A DNA stretch of 63,965 bases, counting the filler, from Lenisia limosa (Eukaryota > Protista > Breviatea): the NCBI GenBank assembly GCA_001655205.1. It is 10 parts of 10 records of this genome, joined end to end, with 100 filler letters (N's around TTAATTAATTAA, not from the genome) between each part and the next. Parts side by side here need not be neighbours in the genome. Positions count along the whole stretch, not along the records: positions 1 to 27,553 come from LPNZ01006770.1; 9 more parts are not named here. The stretch is one strand, 5' to 3'. The translations under genes were made by a program, and so were the position numbers. Positions 13,227 to 24,900 of this stretch are shown here, in pieces; position 1 is the first letter of the stretch, and each line of letters begins with the position of its first letter. The notes below the pieces were generated by a model. The model saw nothing but the letters and a program-made list of their open reading frames with translations, did not search any database and was not told the origin of the DNA.

Positions 13227-13632
13227 TCACCCTTGGCCTTGAGCTTTTCCAATTTCGCGCACTTTTTTGTGAGACTGCTAACCGACACTTTTATACTGCT
13301 TCATTATAATACTGTAATACTGTAATAACTGATGAAGTGATGCAAAAGTGATGAAATGAATGAAGCTTGTGAAATGGAGAAAGCAGCGAAAACGTTTTTT
13401 GACCACGCACCACGCCAACGCCACTAAATGAAACTCGCGCGTTTTTTTTACGCTGGCTCACGCTGCTTTGCTTCCTGGGATCTCCTTCTGTGCATTCATC
13501 TGCTGGGAATTTGGTAGAAAATTGTAAGACAGACATCAAAACTTCAAAACTAGTAATTTCATCTTCTGTTGACCTGACAATGGTTTGGGTGGAAGAAATT
13601 AACTTTGTTTCTGATTTATTTAGTTTGTCCAT
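13227..13632 (-). CDS. Short ORF with RVxF motif; either a separate small gene or the true 5' end of CEP135
   Basis: MDKLNKSETKL...RKKNARVSFSGV|SHKKVREIGKAQGQG then TGA (13229-13227), in frame with the ATG at 13220. Confidence 0.35.
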
Positions 13633-14244
13633 GCCAAAAGCGACCCAAAAGAAAGAGCAAACTGGTTCCCATTCCCTCTGGTTTGTTTGTTTGCCTTCAT
13701 CTGTTCAGTAATTACTCTTTAGCATCTTAAGCCACGCAAAAACGTCAAATCGAAGTATGTTCGTCCTGACAAAAGAACCCAGAAAGAAACTCCGACATGG
13801 GGCGTAAGAAGGGGACCATTGCTACTTTAATTGGTGTTTCTTTTTGATTTCTTTTAGTTTATCTACCAAAAAAACAAATTGATGGTCAAAGTTCGTCGAA
13901 ACCTGAACTTCCAATATTTCACTGGTATGTTGGTCTCGTTATTTCAAGTGTCTTATCTGGTTTTTTTTTTTTTTCTTTCTTTTATTTTGCTTGTTTTTCT
14001 TTACCTTATAGGAGAAATTCTGGTGACTACCGTTGAGGATGACAGCGTTTTGAAGGTGAAAGCTAATGACGTTGACAAAGTTTGTTGAGTGACATATTTG
14101 ATCACATTTGAGGTTGTTGCTGAGAAAGAAAACTCAATCTCAGTTCACTTAAGAGGGCAGCTTGAACCCTTTATTTTTTGGGCAGAAAACGCGAAAGAAG
14201 CTCAAAATATTTACAAGGAACTTGTTCTCTTCACTCGACCCTAG
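13631..14244 (+). CDS. Small protein, PH-domain-like (start 13631 or 13757)
   Basis: Spliced reading MFVLTKEPRKKLRHG..IYQKNKLMVKVRRNLNFQYFTGEILVTTVEDDSVLKVKANDVDKVVAEKENSISVHLRGQLEPFIFWAENAKEAQNIYKELVLFTRP*; beta-strand run ending in a F-x-A-E-x-x-x-E-x-x-x-(W/I) helix suggests a PH fold (inference). Confidence 0.5.
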
Positions 14245-14410
14245 ACATGGTGGGAGATTGTGTTGTTTATTTTGTGTTTTTCATATCTTAATGTTTCAGT
14301 CTGTTGATAGACTTTTGTATTCTGACAGTGTGTACTCATAAATAAATAAATATTCCATACATAAGACAGATTACAACCCAACCTAAATTTGCATGAGTGA
14401 ATAGAGAGTG

Positions 14411-17400
14411 CTAGCATACCCATTCATCATCTGACTCTGACCCTTCTCCGGACCACATCACTTCAAGCTCTTCCATTCTCTGTTTTATTAGTGGTTAAGA
14501 GGAGCATACTTTAGCAGCCTCCCGCTTCATTTCAGCTAATCCCGTGAGTTCTTCAAGGGTTCCAGGTTCAGACACTGCGTTTAGGATCAAAGCCATTTTG
14601 TCCTTCCGATAAGCGGCCACAACATTCGATCTAAATTGTGAGAATAGGAAACTAAGGCTTACGAGCATGCTGTACATGTTTCAACTGATTGACCTGAAAT
14701 CATGAGGCTGGACATGTGTGCTAGGAAGCCCCGGATCTAAACCAGTCAATATTGAAGAAGAGGGAAGGGGCACTGAAATTACTAGTTTTAATCTATTGGA
14801 GGGGAAAATGAGGTGGCCTATACTTCTCGTACCAACGAGCTATGTATTTCTCTATTTTTAGTGAAAACTTGAGAGTTTGAATGAGCGGCATTAATGAGCT
14901 ACTCGTGTGAAAATGACACAATAATTGATATGTTGACCCATGTCCATTTTACCCTCCAAGGTGAAATTTCACGAAACATAGACATGGTATTGGCTTTATA
15001 TGGTCCAGAGAACGCACTTGATGAGGGATTACACCCATAGGGTTTTCAACACTATCCGTGATTGGGACTGGCTTGGCAGCCACAGCACTTCCTTTGTCAT
15101 GGTGAAGGGCAACACTTGCTGCAATCTACCGGTTGGTTAGCTATGGGGAACCAGTCAATGCAGCTTGCAAAAGAATCGCTGACAGCCAACTACCTCAACC
15201 GCAAGTCCTGACGCAATCATACTCAGCCCGGGCCGCGTGACAGTACATTGCATATCTAAGGTTCGGTCGGAGACACTATCAGTAGCAGCAACCTGCTGGG
15301 TGAAAGAAATCCTCACTTACAATATCAGAACAAAAGTAGCATCCAAGTGGGGGTTCATTCCTAAAAGTCACTATAAACAATAGTAAAACACCTCACTTTG
15401 TGAGTCCTCCGTGTCTCATTACAAGGTAAGAATCAAATCCTAGAGCTGCATTGATAACAATCTGAGCAGTAAGCATGCGGCTGTTGTCATTACTTTGTTA
15501 TGGACTGAAGCACATAGTGTAGGCAACCACCGACTTTCTCGGGAATCAGTTAAAATGAAGACAATGTCATGCTCTTGACTGATGGTAAGACTTTCAACAA
15601 CGAAAATACCCCCAATATCTCATAATTGCCTACACAATTGCATCAAAGTCGGATATTGCCTGTTCAAGAAGGGCCGGACTATCGAAAGATGCCGAATGCC
15701 CTGGCATTGGAACGGTCATTACGTAACTCTGAGGTTCCTAGATACTTAGTGTGACAGAAACGGACCATGTTAGGGTATATTCTCTTGAGTGCATGAGAAG
15801 CTGCTTCAGCTTTAAATTTTCGGTTCTTTCCATCTTCAAATGTAAAAAGAGTCTAAATAATCAAAAAGTTGCACAAACTTGCCGAGTAGGATTACTGAGA
15901 CTGACTCTTCCATTGTCCATAAAACTGATCTTTCGAATTCCCCATCCCTATACATAACAATGAGAGGTTCATTACCATGAGACACCGTGCCACATTACAA
16001 CCCAAAGTGCCAGCTCCAATCAGAAGACATTTCAAAGAGGCAAGGCTTTCAACATCCATATCCACCAAAGCCCTCCATCTAATGTTGGTTAATTCAAATG
16101 TAGAAATGAGAAATAAAACCAGGTCATTAGTAATTACTCACTTCATCAAACGTAAATTCAAGTCAACTGCATTTTCAGCAACCCTGAATGATGATTGTTT
16201 TCAATTTTCAAATTTAGTATCTTTTCAAAAAAAAACATATTTCATGGAAAAATCGACATCCAAATACCACATTGAAGCAATTTTATCGATCCTTTTGGAT
16301 TCTCAATTACTAATCTTACTTTTTTGGGTCCATTGAGTCAGCCAAACGGGCCATTTTGATGACGGGGGTTTTTTGACTTGGGGATACCTCAGTGCCAATA
16401 CACTTTTTATATAAGTTTTCTACAAAGTCAAACAGATGAGCTACAATATATAATCAACATTCCAACTGGGAGAGTATTTGTGATAAGCATAAAAGCAAAA
16501 ATATAGGCCAAAGACAACAAATTGGCACCTCTAACGTTCAGGCAAGACATAGGTAACCTGAACGGCATTGCTGAAGTCTATATCTCGAAGAAGTATCACT
16601 TTCACCTGTACTTTAGCGACTTCACGGTCAAAGTTACTTTTTTTGATTGAGGCCACGTAACATCCACGGCGCGTAACAAGTTTCTCATCAGAAAACTAGC
16701 CTTATTTACGCTATTTGAAGGATCAACAACACATAGAAACGCACCTAAATGTTAATACTCAGTTTTTATACCCTTTGGAAGTGCTCTTCCAGTTGGAGGA
16801 AATCCAATTACATGACCAGCCTCGGAGTTGTGAACCACTTCTGTACAGTTATCATGATTCTTGTTTACTTCCAAACCTGTACCATGAAAAAAAACAGGAT
16901 TTTTTGAAATATCTACAGAATCCAGAGTGTTTTTTAATGAAGATTGCTACAGAATAAATTATAATAAAAAAACTCACTAATTCATCTGAAAGTTCAGCGA
17001 ATAACTTAACTGATTCAGTGATGAACGGTTTTCTGTTTAAATAAAGATTTAACGTCCTTACTCTGGTACGATGGTTGCAACAGACACCAAATATGTGAAA
17101 TTGGAAAGCTTGAGGTCTGCATGACAATTTATTTGAAAAGGCCATAAAGAGTTAACCTAAAAGTAAAAATAGTGTAAATATATATTATGTTCGTAGAATC
17201 CCATTTACTTGATGAAGCCAATCTTTAGAGATAATTAATTGTTCAATCTAATAAGGTCAGCTATTAGGCAAGTCCCAACTTTGTTTCCAAGAGTTTTAAT
17301 CTGAGACGACAGGTTAGCAGATTTGAAAGAGTCCATAGTGTTATAATTGATGAGTGTTCCATTACAAGCGATAGCTCTGACCAGGTTACCCGTTTTGTCA

Positions 17401-17723
17401 GAACCCTACCTTTTGAGAGAGGAGTTTTGAAAATTTGGTTGTTGCAACTCAGCTCGTAATTCCTAAAAAATGATGCAAGTGACAAATAATGGGCTTTTAA
17501 AATATTTTTAATTATAGCAAAAATAATACAATACCTGTTCATCAACGTAGAGCATGGTGGAGGACTTTGACTTGGATTGAGAGGTATCCAAAAGAGGAAA
17601 ATGTCCAGAAATAGCTCGAGGTAACTCGTCGACTTTTTGAAAATTAAGCTTATCATCAGATAACTTAAACCAAAGCCCGGGGGCGACTGAAGACGCCAAC
17701 GGAGTAAACTTGGATTTATTCAT
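14411..17723 (-). CDS. ATG7: Autophagy E1-like enzyme ATG7
   Basis: N-terminus [23 protein letters not shown]; [69 protein letters not shown] (catalytic Cys); acidic C-terminus. Confidence 0.95.
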
Positions 17724-18355
17724 TTTTAGCCGCCAGCGGGCCTTGCTAGGGTGGTATGGTTATGATGATGAGGATACTGAAGTAAGTAAGTTGTTATGTA
17801 AGTAAGTACAGTGTGGTTGAGTATGTGGTGTAAGGTGGAGGCTGAAAGGTGTGAGCTAGTGTGTATGTATGTGGTGCTAGGAGGTATTTATATCTAACAC
17901 CTTCCAGTAGGTGAAATATACCCAAAAAGCAAACCCAAAAGGTTTCCCGAAATACCCCCGGGGCCTTCAGCCCGAAGAAGTATACCAGGGACCGTCCGGT
18001 TCAGAGAACAAAAGGTTGCTCTCACGGTTGTTGTGGCAACGGCAATAATACAGTTTTTGCATGTTTTCGTTTTCTTCTATGTTAGTTTTCTTTCCACAGT
18101 TTTTTGTGGGTTTATGAATGTGTGGATGTGTGGATCCGGGGGTTCCCTAGTTTTTTTATGCCCAAAATGTGTATCGGAACCCCAGGTTCTTGGGAATATT
18201 AATTTTTCCCCGTTAGATATTCCCGGGGCGCCCCGGGTTTTGATAAGAGAATATACCCGCCGGCTTCCAGAGGCGTTCTATCCCCCCCATTTCAAGTTTC
18301 AAGACAAATTCAAGTTCTTCTTCTTTCTATTCGCTCTCTCGCAACTGGGTGGAAA

Positions 18356-21300
18356 ATGGAAGGCTTCTTCTTTGTTTCTAAGCCCTCAAATCCGAGTCTT
18401 CCCCCTTCACCTTTCAATATCGAAGGTGATTCAGCAATGCTGCCCATTATTGTTGCTCCTCCTTTCTTAGAAGGAGTAATCTATCGAGCTCCCTCAAAGA
18501 GCATGGTGAGTGAACTTTATCTACAATTATTCCACTCGCTTGTTCTTGCACAATGGTTTTATTCTCTTTTTTTTTTACCTTTTTGTTCAGGGCTCCTCAA
18601 GTGTGACTGTCACAGTTTCAGTCCACAACAAAACGATATACACCTCAGGTTTATCAAATGCTTCAAAAGCGCTTGTAGGAATGGGAAATTTAGGCTCTTT
18701 TACTGTCAAATCCCCTTCTCCTGACATCCTGATACACCCTAATTTTTGGCGCGCTTTTTTTGATGGTTACAGACATTCTGTGAGAAGTTGAACTTTTCTG
18801 AGACAACAGCAGGGTTGATCCGAATTACAGTGGGGAGGGTTCTGTTCTACATCTCCCATATATATGAACTGTCATTTTAACTAGATGTTGACCGACAAGT
18901 CTCAAAATAACTTTGTTACACATGTTATCTTCTTCATCATGAAAGTCAGAAATGGAGAATTATCAATGGTCAATTGAAACTGATGTTTTAGTCGAATGAG
19001 CCTACCGAATTTGACACTGAGTTAAACTCTCTTGACATGAATGTGGGTAACGGGTCACTCTTCCTCCCGTAATCATCATGTTCATTTGATCATAGGTTGA
19101 AACTAATATTGTGGCTTCCCCACGGTCTACAAAGATTGTTCCTCAGATGGCCACCCCAATGGTGAGTGTCTATGAATCATATGATATCCAACATAGATGT
19201 GAGACTTGTGTTTCAAGAAAGGCTTTGCTTAACGAACGCATGTATTTCTTTGGAATAGTATATGATTAATGTATACATACTATAGCGTATTTCCTATATG
19301 TCAAATGTCACTATACAGTCTTCCCCCTTCGCACCGGCGGCTGCGCGTAGTGCCACACCTTCGTTTGTTCCTAAGCTGCGACCATCTGCATCGCCACCCC
19401 AACATGACTCTATATCTCCCTTCTCATCGTATGTAGTGTACAGGTGTCAGGCATCGTTACATTTTAGGTTCCCCGCAACTCTTTCTCGAGCCGGTTCAGC
19501 TTCTGCACGACTTGCTGCTGCTTCTCCTGTTCAAAACGTGGGCCAGCTGGATTGGTTCCTATTAATACAATATTCTACAGATGGAGGTACTGTTACATCT
19601 TTAGGAAGAGAGGATGTCTTCTCCAGAAAGTGTCACCCCACAAGGTAGGAGAGGAATAAACTCATTTTATGGCTGCTCTTTTATGTTTTCTTTTTTTCCT
19701 TTGCTTTTTTCATCCATTCAGCCAAAAAGGCCAGGAAAACTCCAAAAACTGAAGAACAAATTCGCCAAGAAAAGGCAGAGAAAGAACGTTTCAAGCAAAT
19801 GGAAAAGGAAGAAAAGGAGTACCAGAAGCAGATTGAGAAGGAATCCCGTGAGAAGGCGCGAATAGCCGAGAAAGAGGAACGCGAAAAGCAGAAGCTTCTT
19901 GAGAAGGAGGAAAAGGCAAGACAAAAGCAATTGCAAAAGGAGTTGAATGAGAAGGCAAAAATGGAACTCAAAATTGAAGAAGAAAGAGCTGCTCTCTTCG
20001 AAAAGCAGGAAAATGAAAACAAATGCAATGTTGTCTCTGAAAAGAAACAGGAAAGAAAAACACCTTCCAAGCGTCCAAGTCCCAAAACAACCCCCAAAAA
20101 GAAAGAGAGTAAGCCTCATCCATTTTTCGGCCCTTTTAATTCGTTTTCATATTTTATAGTTGAGCCGTTTAAGCAAGAGACTCCAGATGCAAGATGGGGC
20201 CATGCTGGAGTAATGTACAAAAACAATGCTCTTTTTTGTGGCGGTAGAAATGACCAACTCTCAAAAGCTATTTCCTCTGATATGCTCTGGCTATATAGGT
20301 AGGAAGGAAACTCATGTTTACATTTTCTTGTTCTTGTGATCTTTTTACCCTTTCAGAGGAGGCCAGTGGAAGACCCTCAGAGTTTCAGGATCCGGTCCCG
20401 GCAATAACCTCATGGGGCATTCCATTGTTGTCAAGGTTTGACACCCTAGAAATTACCCTCCAGGACTCTTCCCTCTTTGTGATCGGAGGTGTGCGAAGTG
20501 GTGACATTCCGATCAGCGACATTTTTATGGTACATTAGGGTTCTTTTTGAAAGGCTTACTTTATTTTTATTACTATGATGATGATTATTATTATTAGGTT
20601 TCCTTGAGCACCCCGGACACTTCATGGACCAAAATTCAAGCAACAGGAGAATCCGTCAAAAGTGAGCAATAGATACTGTTGTCGAAATAGTTGTGCTCTA
20701 TGAGTGCTTATGATTATAGTTCGTTACGCGTCTGCTGTTTGCTACCGCGATTGTATTGTGGTCTTTGGAGGAGTTGACAAAAAAGGGGAAGTCACCAAGT
20801 ATGTGAAGGGCTCTGGATCAGTTAGATTGAAGGGGGGAAAAACCGTCAGTTAATCCTTTTAGTGATATCCAAATCTTTGATTTGACGAGTCGTTCTTGGA
20901 GTAGACCTTCTATATCAGGATCAAAACCTTCACCAAGATCGGGCCACACTGCAACTCTAAGTAAGTATCCATTTTCAAGTGTCACCCTTCAGTTGGGGAG
21001 CAGATGTACGTGTTTGGCGGATGGGATGAACCGAATCTGCTGTCTGGAATCTATGTTCTTGACCTTGGACTCATGGAGTGGCGAGAGCTGGAAGCTTCTG
21101 GTAGGACCCTGACATGGGTAACTAACGTGAAGGTGCAATGCCTCCAGAGCGGACATGGCATTCAGCCACAGCGTTTGATCACAACATCTTGGTTTATGGA
21201 GGCTTCGACGGTGACAATGCTCTCAGTGTATGCAAATTACGATATTTCGTGAAATGAACCTGGCTGTTGGATTTTAAACTAAGACTAAGGGGGTAGGTTA

Positions 21301-21889
21301 TCCTGATGACACCAACATATGGATTTTTAAAAGTATTTAAAGTTCAATCTTCTTTTTTTTGTTGTTATTTCAGCATATCTGTTCACTCAATCTATGTTTT
21401 TTTTTGGATCATTTCACCCGGATTTTTCTTGAAACACCTTCCCAATTGATTATAACTTTTTTGCAATATTGCAGAGAGTCGAAGATATCAAAAAAAATTC
21501 TTGATAAAAACAGGAGTCAAGGGTGCTTTCTCTAACCCTCAAGGATATTCATCTTCTCCATTTGTCTGAAAATGGCGAGCAAGCAGTTTGGGAGTCAATA
21601 GATTACGTATGTGGACCCCTGTTTGATACGTGTTTCAAGACAATAATGAATATTTTTATGACCATTAGGAGAGCAGAATACTTGAGCCAAGATGCGGACA
21701 TGTTGCGCTGGCATACGACCAAAACCGACTTGCTGTCTTTGGTGGAGGTGATAATGAAAACGAATTCTATTCCAAGCTTCACACAGGTATGGCTTGGTCT
21801 GATGCTATATATACTATATGTCTGATGCTTTATGAAATCCTGACCGTATAGTGAACGTCAAACAGCTTCTGACTGAAGAGGACGACTAG
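18356..21889 (+). CDS. Kelch-repeat protein with unassigned N-terminal domain, S/P-rich linker and long charged E/K/R helix
   Basis: At least five kelch blades: PDARWGHAGV..FCGGRN, VVFGGVDK, PSPRSGHTAT..YVFGGWD, PPERTWHSAT..VYGGFDG, RCGHVA..AVFGGGDN; ends VNVKQLLTEEDD*. Confidence 0.8.
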
Positions 21890-21959
21890 ATCTCTGAAAC
21901 AAATAGAGGGGTTTTATCATAAGGTGATATTGAGTTAAAGGTCATTGCAAATGTATTCT

Positions 21960-24900
21960 GTTTTCTTGGTTAGCCAAGCTACACTAGAACAACAAATGAG
22001 AACCGTGTGTGATCTTCACCTTCTTGGCAGCTCTTTGCTTTTTAACCTTAATGTTCGACAGCTGGCTTCCGTCTACGAGTCCCCAATCTGAGAGTTAACC
22101 ACGTTTCGCTAACCTACCGAAAAGCAGCTCTTTGGTGACGGGTCGGCTGTTCTTTAACGGCAGTCTTGGGTTACAGTCTGGTGCTGATGCGAGGGTTTTC
22201 CAAGAGATAAAGGGTCGGCCTTCAGACGATCGTGTCTCGACGGTTTGCACAATGCCGCCAAGAATCTAAAGGTTAAAACTCAATCTTTCCCCAACACTAT
22301 CATCTTTGGAAAATTCGGTAATGGATACTCGTTTCTTTCCTTTTAACCCGAGAAGAGCAATCTAGACCATAAATCAGTCCACAAAAAGAGACTCAACATA
22401 CAATAAAGAACATGGTTTGTTGGTGAGCTGGAAAGTGGGTACTGTTCATGAAACAGTGTAACAAGACCCTTCTGAAAAGTTAACAATGAAATGAATGGTT
22501 ATCCATACCCTGGTACAGGAGTTACGGCCATTCTGAGGATAAAGTCTTCAATTAAAGGAATGCAAGAAACTGAATAGTAAAAAGGTGAAAAGAGGATACA
22601 CAAGAAACTTGTATGAATATTCCAGCCCACATTTGGACCGAGTAATCGGCTTCTTTGGTGGAAATTGTGTCAACGATTCTTGGAAAGCGAACCTAGAAAG
22701 TTATTGAAAAATCAATATCCCCAGTACTTTGGGCGATACTCTTGGGCAGCATCAATGCCTTCTTGGATTAGGGCGTCAACTTCATCCATTGAAGAGTTCA
22801 GTTCTGGCTTAACAACTGCTTCTAGACCGGGTTCGTTGATAAGGTTAACAACACACCCAGCAGTGGCCAAAACGTCTGAGATGTAAAAACACAAGTTGGA
22901 TTACCATTCACACAATCCATAAGAGGGTTAGTGATGTCGGAACGGTATGGGATGGGCATTGGGGGGGCTGTATACGTTGCACGGTTACTCGTAGCAACTA
23001 AGGGCTTCTTGAGGGTGAGTAGTTTGAAATAATCAGACTTGGAGGAAAAGGGGTTCGGATGTGAATGGTTCAGTTTGAGCTGCGTGGCCTCGGAGCAACG
23101 GAATGGTGAAGTCTAAAGGTATTGCCACATTGAATAGCTCCTTGAATAGTGAAAACAGTAGGATTAAGACTGACATACCCCCAAATTGTCCAACATAACA
23201 ATTGCGATGCTCGTGAAGTCAGCAGTGTCAACATGAGTTCTTTCACCTTCGTCACTCTCCTCAATCCAAATACCGAGACTACTAATTCCGACAATGTGTG
23301 TTCGAACCTTGAGGTTAAATGAGGCCTGGTCACTTACTTCATCCGGGCGGTCTTGGTTGGGAATGTAAGACTCTGGAATGCCTTCACGGGTTGAGTGTTC
23401 CATGTCAGGCTTGAAATCAGGGACTGGAATTTTGATGCCATTTCCAGCCTAAATTAGTGAAGCAAACAAGTGAGATAAGACCTACCAATGTCACCGTCAC
23501 GTTGTTATCGGCATCTTCATGAAGAGACGTAAACGCAAAAACGGAGGCGTCTCTGAGCAATCATGCTTTATTCAGCCCAAAAGTATTCAATTGTTTGGTG
23601 AAAAAATCAACACTGTCAGATTATTGATTTCCTTTCAAACTTTCCGGGGACGGAAGCGGCAACAATAAGATGGAGGGTGGCTAATGTGTTTGTACGCCGA
23701 GAATGCACCGATATAAACCTGGAAAATGAAAGATGAGGTGTATTGGTCTACCTTGGCGGAAACGAATGGTGGTGGGGCCACCTGGCCAAGACTCTATGTT
23801 CTGAGATTGAGAGAATCTGCAAGAATAAGAAGATAGTGCACATAATGGCAAGCAGCCAACCTGAATAGAAAACGCAGTCACTGCAAGCACCAAGTTGGGA
23901 ACTAGTTGGTTAACACAATATACAGGGACAAACATCCTTGAATTGCATGCACAGAGACGAAAGGGTCGGAAGACTGAGTTTGAGCTAAGGCTGGTAACTG
24001 CGCAACGCCAGGTGTCTAATAATTAGCAAAAATAAAACCAGCCTTACTGGTCCAGAAACAGTGTAAACTGCAGTTGGGGAAGCAACAACACTCGAAAGTC
24101 CGGAGAGAGAAATAGCCGAAATGGGTTCATGACGAGTTGAAGGCTGAGCGCTGGCTGTATTGACCTATCACGTGAGTCCAGTTTATCTTCAACAAAACCA
24201 ACATTATCAGAGGCAGTTTTTCGTGAAATAGGGCGACTTTCGCTATTCAGTCCATTGAAAAAACTCCAAACTTCAGAATCCAGAAAAGGGGCAATAGGAT
24301 ATGCACCTAAAAAATGACAATTCAAAGAGGTCAGAAATCCTACAGCTGGTACCCAGGTTTGAAACAGAAAACGAAAGATTTTTTGGCAAGTCAAGATTGA
24401 GTGCACTTGAAGTTTGGTGGGGCCTCGCATCAACTTGGAAGTAAAAGTGGACAAAGTTCTTTCATACAATTATTGCCCAGGTTGGGAGAACAGTGTCCAG
24501 TTGAATGTGGACTATGGCAAGTCCAATAGTCAATGTACGCCATTGGCTCATCAACACTGGCTCCGACAACTGACAGTGGTGGAGGGGTTGGAAGACTTCC
24601 GACGTAAACTGGTCTTTGTTGTCTGAAGAAAAATGTAAATATATTGCCTCTCAGACTGTGGAAGACATGGTTCCCAAGTAAGAACCCTCGTGGAGCACGT
24701 AACAGTCAGCCGCGGGTTCAGTGAGTTGCACTCCCAAGACATGCCTAAGGGTTAATCGCGAAAAAGGCTGCCTACAAGATATACTGTCATCAGTGGACAA
24801 TTCAGCAAGTGGACGAGCAAACGGGAGACAAACAGGTTTCTGCAACACTGTGAGTTGTCTTATTTGGTTTAACAATGACTCCAATTCCGAACTCACATCA

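Noticed and set aside
19681-20119. Long minus-strand ORFs rich in F/S/L
   Set aside because: Antisense shadow of the E/K/R-rich helix of the kelch gene.
22158-22180. 23-nt intron in the SET-like gene
   Set aside because: Removing it creates an immediate TAA, whereas reading through keeps the frame open.
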